Shown here piece by piece: positions 12,869 to 22,733 of a stretch of DNA of 64,000 bases (position 1 is its first letter; each line of letters opens with the position of its first letter). The DNA comes from Acidovorax sp. (GTDB taxonomy: Bacteria > Pseudomonadota > Gammaproteobacteria > Burkholderiales > Burkholderiaceae_C), in contig JASGIT010000001.1 in the NCBI GenBank assembly GCA_047601665.1, forward strand, positions 96,638 through 160,637, in the 5' to 3' direction. The translations under genes were made by a program, and so were the position numbers. The notes below the pieces were generated by a model. It was not told where the DNA came from. It worked only from the letters and a program-made list of their open reading frames with translations, and did no database searches.

Positions 12869-13533
12869 AGCAGCCCGAGCTGGCTGGCCTCGTACACCGC
12901 CTCGCTGCGCGAGTGCACGGCCAGCTTGCGGTAGATCTTCTTCACGTGCGCCACCACGGTGTGCGGCGAGATGTCCAGCACCTGCGCGATGGTGTCGAAG
13001 GTGAAGCCCTTGGCGGTCAGGCGCAGCAGCTCGGTCTCGCGCGGCGTCAGCAGCGCGTCGGGCGACTCGGCCGCCAGCAGCGGCGCCGGCGCGCTGTCGG
13101 GCCGCAGGCTGAGGCGAAAGCGGCCCAGCACGCGCCGTGCGATGCCCGGGCTGATGGGCGCGCCACCGGCGCGCAGTTCGTGAATGCTGGCGATGATGCG
13201 CTCGGCCGAGGCGTCCTTCAGCAGGTAGCCGGTGGCGCCGGCGGCGATGGAGGCCACCACGTGCTCCTCGTCGCCGAACATGGTGACCACCAGCACGTCG
13301 CAGCCGGGGTGGTGCGCCGCCGCGTGGCGGATGATCTCGACGCCGTTCAGGTCGGGCAGGCGCAGATCGACCAGCAGCACGTCGGGCCGCTGCAAGTCGA
13401 GCATGGCCAAGCCGGCGCGGCCGCTGTCCACCGCGCCCACCAGTTGCAACGCCGGATCACCCAGCACAGCGCTGGTGAAGCGCCGCATGAACTCGGGCTC
13501 GTCTTCGACGATCAGGACCTTGCTGCTTGTCAC
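12865..13533 (-). CDS. NarL/LuxR-family response regulator
   Basis: GTG at 13533 with GGAGA 4 nt upstream. REC domain (KVLIVEDEPEF..LLVDLRLPD), C-terminal LuxR HTH (LTPRETELLRLTAKGFTFDTIAQVLDISPHTVVAHVKKIYRKL). Confidence 0.88.
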   Translation of the reverse strand: MTSSKVLIVEDEPEFMRRFTSAVLGDPALQLVGAVDSGRAGLAMLDLQRPDVLLVDLRLPDLNGVEIIRHAAAHHPGCDVLVVTMFGDEEHVVASIAAGATGYLLKDASAERIIASIHELRAGGAPISPGIARRVLGRFRLSLRPDSAPAPLLAAESPDALLTPRETELLRLTAKGFTFDTIAQVLDISPHTVVAHVKKIYRKLAVHSRSEAVYEASQLGLL

Positions 13534-13829
13534 CGTTTCTCCGCCAAGCGCCGCCGGGCGCGGAGCCTGGCCGGATTCTGCCCTGCCCGGGCGCTGCGGG
13601 CCATAGCGCCTATGCGGTACGCCCAGGGCGCGCCAAGGGGGCGCTGACGACGGCAGCGTGCAGCCGAATGGCTGGAAATTTTTAACCAAATCAGCCTCCA
13701 GCGCCCGCCCGACAAGCGCGGGCAGCTATCGATAAAGAAGCAGCCGGACCGGGTACATGCGCTCCACAGCACAACCCGCGAGCCAGCGGCTTTCCATATC
13801 GTTATCGACGACCGCTCGAAGCAGTGAGA

Positions 13830-14159
13830 TCAGATACTCAGAAGCCTGCGCGCCAACACGGCCTGCATGTCGCGCCGGCCATCGGCGATCAGGTAGATGA
13901 CGACCTGCCCGCCCGCCACGCGGTAGATCACCCGGTAGGGCTTGAAGCTGGTCTGGCGGTATTCCTTGATGCCCAGCGCCGCCAGTTCCTTCGGGTAGCT
14001 GCCGCGCTCGGGCATCCGGGCCAGCCCCTCCACCACCTGCATCAACTGGTCCAGCACATATTCGGCGCTGGCCGTGCTGTCGTACTCGGCGATGTAGTCG
14101 TATATGGATTCCAGATCCTGCTCCGCGCCCTGGGTGAGCAGCACCGTGTAATCGCCCAT
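13830..14159 (-). CDS. type II toxin, RelE/ParE family
   Basis: 109 aa, MGDYTVLLTQGAEQDLESIYDYI...YRVIYRV..VVIYLIADGRRD. Its start overlaps the antitoxin stop (TGATG). Confidence 0.85.
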   Translation of the reverse strand: MGDYTVLLTQGAEQDLESIYDYIAEYDSTASAEYVLDQLMQVVEGLARMPERGSYPKELAALGIKEYRQTSFKPYRVIYRVAGGQVVIYLIADGRRDMQAVLARRLLSI

Positions 14160-14446
14160 CAGGCTTGCACGCCCGCGTTGGCACGTTTGGCCTTCAGGCG
14201 CGCCACGACCTCGGCCACGGGCTTGACACGCCCAGCGGCCACATCCTGGCTGCCAAGCGCCAGCACCTTGAGCAAAGCCAGCGTTTCCTGGGTCTGCTCG
14301 AAGGAGGCCACGTCCTGCAATACGGCCCGGGCCTCGCCATTCTGGGTGATGACCAGCGGCTCGCGCTGCTCCGACAGCCGCGCCAGCACTTCGGCGGCGT
14401 GGGCCTTGAGGTAGCTGATCGGCTTGACTTGGGAGGAATAGCGCAT
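14159..14446 (-). CDS. type II antitoxin, Phd/YefM family
   Basis: 95 aa, ISYLKAHAAEVLARLSEQREPLVITQNGEARAVLQDVASFEQ. Lies immediately upstream of the toxin. Confidence 0.85.
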   Translation of the reverse strand: MRYSSQVKPISYLKAHAAEVLARLSEQREPLVITQNGEARAVLQDVASFEQTQETLALLKVLALGSQDVAAGRVKPVAEVVARLKAKRANAGVQA

Positions 14447-14573
14447 GGTCTTGGCCTCGGCGTTTGGATGGAGACTGAATATAGTCTTTTTTCAGTTCTC
14501 CCATGGCATCAAGAACCCGTGCGGCAGTACTGGATGGGCGGACCCTGTCATGGCGTTGCGAGACCGGCCTGGG

Positions 14574-15539
14574 TCATGCGCGGCCTCGGGATATTTTGCC
14601 CGCCACCGGAGCATGATTGCGGGCAGACATCAACCTCAGAAAGAGGTTATTGCACACCAAAGCCAATCCCGTGAAACAAGCCCCGATGATTTGCACACGC
14701 GCGGGCACGACCCCTTGCAGAGATGAAACCAGGAAAGCCGTCATCGGAATGACATCCATGAACAGCACCGCATTCAGAGGGGTCAGTATTCTATTTCCAA
14801 TATTCCAGCACAGCACGCCAACAACGCCCGCCACGAAAGCCATATAGAGAAGATGCGGCGTCACCGTTATCAATTGGTCCCATACCGGGAACGCAGTCAC
14901 CCCGCTCCACCACAAAGCCACATTGACGACCAGAACACTGACAAGCCCCAAGCCCGTGGTGACCGTGGTGTATTTATAGGGTGACCAGGAGGGAAAAAAG
15001 GAGCCGCCAACCGTGTAAAGCACCCAGCATAAAGCCCCGAGCAATATGACAAGGTCCGCAGAGAAATTCGCGGGCTCGCTCAGCAAGGCGCCTACATCGC
15101 CCCGGCTGACAACCAGGGCTACGCCGCAAAATGAAAGCGCAATAAAGAAGATGGAATATGCAGGCGGCCTCACCTTGCGCAAAATCCAATTAACCAGAAC
15201 CCCCAGCATGGGTTGGGTGGCCATAATGATACTGGCCGTCAACACCCCTTCCTTGCCTGCCATCTGTTGGCCCAGAAAGACAAGGAAACCAAAACCCGCA
15301 AAGCCCGCCGTACCAAACAGCCAGGCGAGCCAGGCACGCTGGCCTTTCAGCTTCAAAGAAGCCACGCCTTCCCGATGAACAAGAATGGCCAGAAACGCCA
15401 GGCCGGCCAGGCTATACCGTACCAATGTGAATACGAAGGGGTCCATGTGTTCCAGCGCTCCGCTCATGACCGGAAACATTCCTCCCCATGACAGGGTGGC
15501 AACGGTGCAGAACAAAATACCCTGGGCATAATTCTTCAT
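14574..15539 (-). CDS. DMT superfamily (EamA-like) transporter
   Basis: 321 aa, about 10 TM helices, duplicated EamA-type architecture. Confidence 0.8.
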   Translation of the reverse strand: MKNYAQGILFCTVATLSWGGMFPVMSGALEHMDPFVFTLVRYSLAGLAFLAILVHREGVASLKLKGQRAWLAWLFGTAGFAGFGFLVFLGQQMAGKEGVLTASIIMATQPMLGVLVNWILRKVRPPAYSIFFIALSFCGVALVVSRGDVGALLSEPANFSADLVILLGALCWVLYTVGGSFFPSWSPYKYTTVTTGLGLVSVLVVNVALWWSGVTAFPVWDQLITVTPHLLYMAFVAGVVGVLCWNIGNRILTPLNAVLFMDVIPMTAFLVSSLQGVVPARVQIIGACFTGLALVCNNLFLRLMSARNHAPVAGKISRGRA

Positions 15540-15577
15540 GCCTGCCTCCAGAAAATAAAAATGCGATCAGCCCCTTT

Positions 15578-16147
15578 TCACTCATAGCCACGCAAAAGAT
15601 CGTCCGCAAGACGCTCCATCGTGCGCAGGAACGGTCCCGGGTCGTTCTGGGCTCTTGCCAAGACCAATGCGCCTTGCACCCTGATGACCGCATCCTCCGC
15701 GCGCTGCGATGCCTCATCTGCAGGAACACCGCCCCGGACAAGGGCCACCGCTATCGCCTTCTGAAGTGCCAGAAGCGCGCCCTCCAGCCGTTGCTGGAAC
15801 AACTCCAGCCCTTCCCCCATGGAGAAAAGACCTATCAGGCACGGGCTCTCACCGTTGCCATACAGCTGCTTCAGCATCTCAACCATCTGCTCCAGCTGGG
15901 CGCGCACTTCGCCAGGGGCATGGAGCGGTTCAAGAACCCGCATCGACATCCAATGCTTGAGGTCGTCCATGACGGACTCGGCCATTTCGCGCTTCCCTCC
16001 TGGAAAACGGTGATAGAGGCCGGCCTTTGCAAGGCCCGTGTCCTTGGCCAGATCGGCGATGGAGGTTGCGTCATAGCCTTTGCGCCTGAACGTGCGCAGC
16101 AGGCGAAGAGACATTTCCTCTTCAGAGATGGATTGCGGTCGCGCCAT
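15578..16147 (-). CDS. TetR/AcrR family transcriptional regulator
   Basis: N-terminal HTH (FRRKGYDATSIADLAKDTGLAKAGLYHRFPGGKREM). 189 aa. Confidence 0.85.
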   Translation of the reverse strand: MARPQSISEEEMSLRLLRTFRRKGYDATSIADLAKDTGLAKAGLYHRFPGGKREMAESVMDDLKHWMSMRVLEPLHAPGEVRAQLEQMVEMLKQLYGNGESPCLIGLFSMGEGLELFQQRLEGALLALQKAIAVALVRGGVPADEASQRAEDAVIRVQGALVLARAQNDPGPFLRTMERLADDLLRGYE

Positions 16148-16323
16148 GTTGAATCCTTTAATTACCGAACGATCGGTATATTACGTTGGTTCGCCCAGCC
16201 CTGTCAAACGGCCTGCCTCCAGGCAACTCCAAGGCATACGGGGATGGGGCGGGCGTGTCGTGTAGGTTCTCCGGCCCCACAGGCCTGCGTGATACCGTGC
16301 CCCCGTACCACTGGAGACACCCC

Positions 16324-17166
16324 ATGACCATGACAGTCACCCCTAAAAACGCCCCCTGCGGCGCCGTCGTCGAAGGGCTGGATCTGCGCCAGCCGCTGGA
16401 CGCCGGCCAGATCGCCGACATCCGCCAGGCCTGGCTGCGCCATCAGGTGCTGGCCTTCGTCGGCCAGGACATGGCGGTGGAGGACATCGAGCGCTTCGCC
16501 CTCACCATCGGCCCGTTCGGCACCGACCCGTTCTTCGATGCCATTCCCGGCCATCCGCACGTGGCCCAGGTGCGGCGCGACGCCGATGAAAAGACGCCCC
16601 TGTTCGCCGAGGGCTGGCATTCGGACTGGAGCTTTCTGCCCAGCCCGCCCGCAGCCACCCTGCTGTACGGCAACGTGATTCCGCCCGTGGGCGGCGACAC
16701 CCGCTTCGCCAACCAGTACGCCGCGTGGGACGCGCTGCCGCAGGCGCTGAAGGCGCAGGTCGAGGGCCGCATGGGCATCCACTCCGCCCGCCGGGCCTAC
16801 TCGCGCGACGGGGCCTATGGCGAAAAGGACAAGGGCCGGTCGATGGCGATCCGCTTTTCTGACGAAGCGCTGAAGACCCACCCCCACCCCATCGGCCGCA
16901 AGCACCCCGAAACGGGCCGCACCGCGCTGTTCGTGAGCATGGGCTACACCATCGGCATCGAAGGCTTGCCGCAGGACGAGGCCGACGACGTGCTCAGGCA
17001 GCTGTTCATCCACCAGGGGCGGGAGGAGTTCGTCTACAGTCACCGCTGGTCGCAAGGCACCCTGCTGATGTGGGACAACCGCTGCCTGAACCACGCGGCC
17101 ACGGGCGGGTATGACGGACATGCGCGGCTGTTGCACCGGATTACGGTGGCGGAGCGGACGGCCTGA
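16324..17166 (+). CDS. TauD/TfdA family Fe(II)/2-oxoglutarate dioxygenase
   Basis: ATG 16324 follows GGAGA. Motifs WHSDWSF (HxD), GGDTRFAN, WDNRCLNHAATG. Confidence 0.85.
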   Translation: MTMTVTPKNAPCGAVVEGLDLRQPLDAGQIADIRQAWLRHQVLAFVGQDMAVEDIERFALTIGPFGTDPFFDAIPGHPHVAQVRRDADEKTPLFAEGWHSDWSFLPSPPAATLLYGNVIPPVGGDTRFANQYAAWDALPQALKAQVEGRMGIHSARRAYSRDGAYGEKDKGRSMAIRFSDEALKTHPHPIGRKHPETGRTALFVSMGYTIGIEGLPQDEADDVLRQLFIHQGREEFVYSHRWSQGTLLMWDNRCLNHAATGGYDGHARLLHRITVAERTA

Positions 17167-17222
17167 CAAGGTTCACGAGAAAATCGCCACCCAGCCCAAT
17201 GGCAGCAAGCGCTGGCAGCTAC

Positions 17223-20200
17223 TTAATTGGTAGCTAATTCCCCGTTGTGCCGCAGCACCAGCGCCTCGAACTCCGCCACCGGCACGGGCGGGCTCAGCAG
17301 GTAGCCCTGCCACGCCTGGCACTGGCTGCGCGCCAGGAAGTCGCGCTGGGCTTCCGTCTCCACGCCCTCGGCGATCACGCGCAGGCCCAGGCTCGCGCCC
17401 AGGGTGACGATGGTGCGGGCGATGGCGGCGTCGTTGGGGTCGGTGAGCACGTCGCGCACGAAGCTCTGGTCGATCTTGAGCTGGTCGAGCGGCAGCCGCT
17501 TGAGGTAGGACAGCGACGAGTAGCCCGTGCCGAAGTCGTCCAGCGAAAAGCCCACGCCGTAGCCCTTGAGCTGCACCATTTTCTGCACGGTGTCTTCCAC
17601 GTCCTCCAGCAGCAGCCCTTCGGTGATTTCGAGCTTGAGGCGGTGCGCCTCGGCCCCTGAGCCGGCCAGCGCCGCGAGCACCTGCGGCACGAAGCCCTTC
17701 TGGTGGAACTGGCGCGGGCTCACGTTGACGGCCAGGTTCAGCGCGCCGAGCGCGGGGTGGTGCGCCCAGGTGGCGAGCTGCCTGCAGGCGGCGGTGAGCA
17801 CCCATTCGCCCAGGGGCAGGATCAGGCCCGTTTCTTCGGCCAGGGGCACGAAGGAGGCGGGCGGGATAAAGCCCTGCACCGGGTGCCGCCAGCGCAGCAG
17901 CGCCTCGGCCCCGGTGATGGCGCCGCCTTCCATCTGCGGCTGGTAGAACAGTTCGAACTGGCCCTGGGCCAGGCCCGTGCGCATGTCGCGCTCCAGCGCG
18001 GCGCGGGCGCTGACCACGGCCTGCATGTGCGGGTCGTAGAACTGCAGCGAGTTGCGGCCCGCGGCCTTGGCCTGGTACATGGCAAGTTCGGCGCGCTTGA
18101 CCAGTTCGTCCGTGCTTTCGTCGAGCCCCTGGAACAGGGTGGCGCCCATGCTCACGGTGGCGTGGTAGGGCTCGCCTTCCAGCGAGTAGGGCTGGTCGCG
18201 CAGCGCGGCCAGTATCTGCTGGCCGGTGTCTTCGGCGCGCGCGGCGGCCTCTTCGGGGCAGGCGGCCAGGTCTTCGAGCACCACCACGAATTTGTCGCCG
18301 CCGTGGCGGGCCACGGTGTGGTCCTCGTGCATGAGTTCGCGCAGGCGCTGGGCCACCTGGCGCAGCAGCGCATCGCCGCACTCGTGGCCGCGCGTGTCGT
18401 TCAGCGTCTTGAAGTTGTCCACGTCCACCATCAGCAGCGCGCCGCCGCGCCTGCGCCGCACGCCCGCAGCCAGGGCCTGGTGCAGGCGGTCGAGCAGCAG
18501 GCGGCGGTTGGGCAGTTGGGTGAGCGGGTCGTAGAAGGCGAGGTACCTGATCTCCTCCTCTGCGGCCTTGCGCTGGCTCAGGTCCGTCACGGTGATGAGC
18601 ATTCCGTCGTCCAGCACCATGCCCGATAGCTCCACGGTGCGGGCCTGCCCGTTCTTGCAGCGGATCAGGCGCTCCACGGGCGCGACCAGGCCGCTGCCCG
18701 CCTGCGCCTTGGCGCGCGCCGCCGACCAGCCCTGGTGCGCGCGCTCGCGCGCATCCGCGTCGGGGTAGGCGTGCTCCAGCCATTCGCTCACGGTCGTGAC
18801 GTCCGCTTCGGTGTAGCCGGTGATCTCCACGAAGCGCGCGTTGCGGTAGACAAAGCTGCCGTCGCGCACCAGGTACAGGCCCAGCGGCAGGCGGTCGAGG
18901 ATGCTGCGCAGGCGCCGCTCGTTGTCCTGGAGCTGGTCCTGCATCCGGCGGCGTTCGGTCACGTCCTGCACCACGGCGATGTGGTGGTTGGGCGTTTCGC
19001 CGGGCCGCCACATGGGCGAGACGGTGAGATCGACCCAGATCTGCTGCCCGCCCTTGCGCAGCAGCCGCTTTTCCATGTGGTATTCGGTGATCTCGCCCGC
19101 CTTCAGGCGCTCCATCTGCGCCAGGTCCGGCCCCAGGTCTTCGGGGTAGGTCAGGGTCTGGAAGTCCAGCCGCAGCAACTCGTCCACCGTGTAGCCCATG
19201 ATGGCGCTGTACTTCTGGTTCACGCGGACGAGGCGGCCCGTGGGCGTGTCGATCTGCGCCACGCCCACCGCCGCCTGGTTGAACACGGCGCGAAAGCGCT
19301 CCTCGCTGGCCAGCAGCGCCTCGTCCGAGGTCTGGGCGCGGGTCAGCGCCTGCGCGCGCTGGCGCGCCAGCGCCGTGACCAGCCCGGCCAGCAGCAGCGA
19401 CAGCAGCGCCGCGCCGCCGCCGATCCACCAGGGCAGTTGCCGCTCTGCCTCCGAGAGCAGCCCGGCCTGCGGCGTGAAGGTCAGGCGCCAGCGCCGGTTG
19501 TGCACTTGCAGCTCGTGCACCGCCTGCGGCTGCCCGGCGGCGCCAGGGGGCGCGTCCACGGACGAGAGCAGCACGGGCGGCTCGGCGCCGCCCACGGCGC
19601 CCACGTCCTCCACGCGCGCCACCACGCTGCGCAGCGCGCCGGAGGATTCGAGCGCGCGCAGCATGTCCACCACGCGCAGCGAGGCCGCCGCCGCGCCCAC
19701 GTAACGCCCGGGCTGCCCCGCTTCGGCGCTGCCCGTGAACACCGGCATACGCAGCACCACGCCCATGCGCTGGCGCTGGCCTTGGTTCTGTATGAGCGCG
19801 AACGGCGCGGACACCGTCGGCCGCCCCGAGTCGCGCCCCGCCAGCAGCGCGGCCAGGTTGGCGGGCTGCGAACTGATCTCCAGGCCGATCAGCGCTTCAT
19901 TGCCCTCGTATGGCCAGGCGAATTCGTTGATGTAGTAGTCCTGCCGCTCGCTTTTGGGGTGGATGAGATCCGCCGCGTTTTTGCGCCCCGGCGGCGCTTC
20001 GGCGCGCAGGCGCGCCTCGAACGCGGGCAAGTCGCGCGCGGGCACCCAGCGGACGAAGGACAGGCTGCGCAACTCGGGATAGCGCTGCGCGTGGGCCGCC
20101 ATCACGCGCTCGAACTCGGCGCGCGTGAGCCCGGGGTGCACCACGAGCAGGTCGCGCAGGCTGGTCACCATCTCGGTATAAGCCGCCATGCGCCCGGCCA

Positions 20201-20372
20201 CGGCTTCGGTGGCGGAATGCGCCGCCTCGGTCAGGCGCGCGTGCGCCAGCCCGTCGGCCACCGCGCGCTGCTGCTGCACCAGCCCCGCGCTGACCAGCAG
20301 CCCCGCCACGGCCACCACGGCGCCCGGTAGCCAGGATCGGAACGGCGGGTGCGATGAAGTGGCTGCCGTCAT
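17223..20372 (-). CDS. CHASE-PAS-PAS-GGDEF-EAL c-di-GMP signalling protein
   Basis: Start MTAATSSHPPF at 20372, then a TM helix, a periplasmic CHASE-like domain, a second TM helix and two PAS domains. The GGDEF domain has a GGDKF signature. The EAL domain carries EALLRW and downstream motifs. Confidence 0.88.
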   Translation of the reverse strand: MTAATSSHPPFRSWLPGAVVAVAGLLVSAGLVQQQRAVADGLAHARLTEAAHSATEAVAGRMAAYTEMVTSLRDLLVVHPGLTRAEFERVMAAHAQRYPELRSLSFVRWVPARDLPAFEARLRAEAPPGRKNAADLIHPKSERQDYYINEFAWPYEGNEALIGLEISSQPANLAALLAGRDSGRPTVSAPFALIQNQGQRQRMGVVLRMPVFTGSAEAGQPGRYVGAAAASLRVVDMLRALESSGALRSVVARVEDVGAVGGAEPPVLLSSVDAPPGAAGQPQAVHELQVHNRRWRLTFTPQAGLLSEAERQLPWWIGGGAALLSLLLAGLVTALARQRAQALTRAQTSDEALLASEERFRAVFNQAAVGVAQIDTPTGRLVRVNQKYSAIMGYTVDELLRLDFQTLTYPEDLGPDLAQMERLKAGEITEYHMEKRLLRKGGQQIWVDLTVSPMWRPGETPNHHIAVVQDVTERRRMQDQLQDNERRLRSILDRLPLGLYLVRDGSFVYRNARFVEITGYTEADVTTVSEWLEHAYPDADARERAHQGWSAARAKAQAGSGLVAPVERLIRCKNGQARTVELSGMVLDDGMLITVTDLSQRKAAEEEIRYLAFYDPLTQLPNRRLLLDRLHQALAAGVRRRRGGALLMVDVDNFKTLNDTRGHECGDALLRQVAQRLRELMHEDHTVARHGGDKFVVVLEDLAACPEEAAARAEDTGQQILAALRDQPYSLEGEPYHATVSMGATLFQGLDESTDELVKRAELAMYQAKAAGRNSLQFYDPHMQAVVSARAALERDMRTGLAQGQFELFYQPQMEGGAITGAEALLRWRHPVQGFIPPASFVPLAEETGLILPLGEWVLTAACRQLATWAHHPALGALNLAVNVSPRQFHQKGFVPQVLAALAGSGAEAHRLKLEITEGLLLEDVEDTVQKMVQLKGYGVGFSLDDFGTGYSSLSYLKRLPLDQLKIDQSFVRDVLTDPNDAAIARTIVTLGASLGLRVIAEGVETEAQRDFLARSQCQAWQGYLLSPPVPVAEFEALVLRHNGELATN

Positions 20373-20637
20373 GGAAGGGGTGTAGCTGGCATCTACAAAT
20401 AGAGACCAGTGAGGATAACGGCTTTCAACCCGGCAACGGCCGGCGGACGCGCCCGCCATGCCCTGCGGCGCGGGCGCACGCTCCCGCGCGCGGCCCGGCA
20501 TTTGATATCGAATCGGCCCACAGCCCAGGCACGGCAAGCGCTGGCAGCTATTGAAACAGGAGTCTCCAATCCCCTGCGGATCGCGCCGCGCACCATGAGA
20601 AAATCGCGGGTTACTTCCAACCCTCGACGAAAACACC

Positions 20638-21742
20638 ATGGACGCAGAACGCATCAACCTCATCGGCACCACCCTCCAGGACCTGGGCGCGCGCACCCAG
20701 GACCTACGGAGGTATCTTTGACTTCGATGCCAAATACGAACGCCTGCGCACCGTCAACGCCTCGCTGGAAGACCCCAGCGTCTGGAACGAGCCCAAGAAA
20801 GCCCAGGAGCTAGGCAAGGAAAAGAAGGCGCTCGACGCCGTGGTGCTCACGCTGCAGAAGCTGAGCACCGAACTGGCCGACAACACCGAGCTCTACGAGA
20901 TGAGCAAGGAAGAAGGCGACGAAACCGGCCTGCTCACCATCGAGGCCGAGGCCGACAAGCTGCGCCCGCTGATCGAAGACCTGGAATTCCGCCGCATGTT
21001 CAGCAACGAGGCCGACCCGCTGAACTGCTTCGTGGACATCCAGGCCGGCGCGGGCGGCACCGAGGCCTGCGACTGGGCCAGCATGTTGCTGCGCCAGTAC
21101 CTCAAGTACGCCGAGCGCAAGGGCTTCAAGGCCACGGTGGAAGACGAAACCCCGGGCGACGTGGCCGGCATCAAGAGCGCCACCATCAAGATCGAGGGCG
21201 AATACGCCTTCGGCTACCTGCGCACCGAAACCGGCGTGCACCGCCTGGTGCGCAAGAGCCCGTTCGACAGCTCGGGCGGGCGCCACACCTCGTTCGCGTC
21301 GATCTTCGTGTACCCCGAGATCGACGATTCGATCGAGATCAACATCAACCCCGCCGACGTGCGCACCGACACCTTCCGCGCATCGGGCGCGGGCGGCCAG
21401 CACATCAACAAGACCGACTCGGCGGTGCGCCTCACGCACATCCCCACCGGCATCGTGGTGCAGTGCCAGGACGGCCGCAGCCAGCACAGCAACCGCGACG
21501 TGGCGTGGCAGCGCCTGCGCTCGCGCCTCTACGACTACGAAATGCGCAAGCGCATGGAAGAGCAGCAGAAGCTGGAAGACACCAAGACCGACGTGGGCTG
21601 GGGCCACCAGATCCGCAGCTACGTGCTGGACAACAGCCGCATCAAGGACCTGCGCACCAACGTCGAAGTCTCCGCCACGCAGAAGGTGCTGGACGGGGAC
21701 CTGGACGTGTTCATTGAAGCCTCTCTCAAGCAGGGCGTATGA
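20638..21742 (+). CDS. prfB: peptide chain release factor 2; needs a programmed +1 frameshift: join(20638..20718,20720..21742)
   Basis: Frame 0 reads [27 protein letters not shown] then TGA. The +1 frame continues DFDAKYERL...SPF...GGQ ([13 protein letters not shown]). Confidence 0.95.
20708..20722 (+). promoter_or_regulatory. prfB: prfB autoregulatory +1 frameshift site (internal SD-like GGAGG, then TAT CTT TGA C)
   Basis: GGAGG at 20708-20712, slippery CTT at 20716-20718, in-frame TGA at 20719-20721 followed by C. This matches the classical RF2 recoding site. Confidence 0.93.
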
Positions 21743-21821
21743 GAAATAGCCCCCACGCTCCCCACTTCGTGTGGTTCGCTGCCCCCCGGGGGGGCGCTTT
21801 TCATCTTGGGGCGGCCCGGCG

Positions 21822-22733
21822 ATGAAAAGTTACCTCGTCCACACGGTTCGCAAGCTGGTAGGCACGCCCCAGATCCTGGGCGCGATTGCCGCGCTGGAGC
21901 ACGCCATCCAGCGCGCCCCGGCACCAGCGCCCGAAGCCGCCGCCCTGCCCCCTTCGCTCCCCTCGCTGTGCGGCAGCACCTTCGATACCCGCAAGGTCAT
22001 CGCCGAGAGCTTTCTGGCCGGCCACGGCATCGAGGTCGGCGCGTTCGCATCGCCCTTGCAAGTCCCCGCCAAGGCGGTGGTGCGCTATGTGGACAAGTAC
22101 GACCTGGACGCGCTGGACGCGACGCACAAGGTGGCCGGGCTCACGCTGGCGGACTTTGGCGTGGACCTGTCCACCGTGGTGCGGCCTGACATCGTGGACG
22201 ATGGCGAGTGCCTGTCCAAAGTGGGCGACTACTCCCAGGACTTCGTGATCGCCAACCACGTGCTGGAGCATTTCGAGGACCCGATCAAGGGCTTCAAGAA
22301 CATGCTCCGGGTGCTCAGGCATGGCGGCATCCTGTACCTGTGCCTGCCCGAGATGCGCCACAGCTTCGACAGCGTGCGCCAGCCCACCCCGTTCGAACAC
22401 CTGCTGCGCGACTACCAGGAAGGCCCGGCCTGGTCGCGCGCCATGGCGTATGCCGAATTCGCCAAGATCTTTGCCGCGCACGGCATGGACAAGGGCCTGT
22501 TCCCCAAGAAAACCGGCGCCGACCTGGCCGCATTCGAAAAGCAAACCGCCGACGAACTGGACCAGGCCGACTTCAGCATCCATTTCCACGCCTGGACGAT
22601 GGACAGCATGATGGACATGTTCGCCCGCATCAAAGCCCTGTTCCACATGGCATTCGAGACAAAAATGGTCATGAAGAACAATGACGAAGTCATTTTTGTC
22701 TTTCAAAAATCCATTCCACACGTAGCACCATGA
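21822..22733 (+). CDS. class I SAM-dependent methyltransferase
   Basis: Starts MKSYLVH at 21822. Methyltransf_11-like block FVIANHVLEHFEDPIKGFKNMLRVLRHGGILYLCLPE. Its stop overlaps the pepN start (ATGA). Confidence 0.7.
   Translation: MKSYLVHTVRKLVGTPQILGAIAALEHAIQRAPAPAPEAAALPPSLPSLCGSTFDTRKVIAESFLAGHGIEVGAFASPLQVPAKAVVRYVDKYDLDALDATHKVAGLTLADFGVDLSTVVRPDIVDDGECLSKVGDYSQDFVIANHVLEHFEDPIKGFKNMLRVLRHGGILYLCLPEMRHSFDSVRQPTPFEHLLRDYQEGPAWSRAMAYAEFAKIFAAHGMDKGLFPKKTGADLAAFEKQTADELDQADFSIHFHAWTMDSMMDMFARIKALFHMAFETKMVMKNNDEVIFVFQKSIPHVAP

Noticed and set aside
21778-21801. GC-rich palindrome GCCCCCCGGGGGGGC followed by GCTTTTC, just after the prfB stop, considered as a terminator.
   Set aside because: There is essentially no loop and only a 4-T tract, and the next gene starts 20 nt later. 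It may instead be operon-internal structure, so it is left unannotated.
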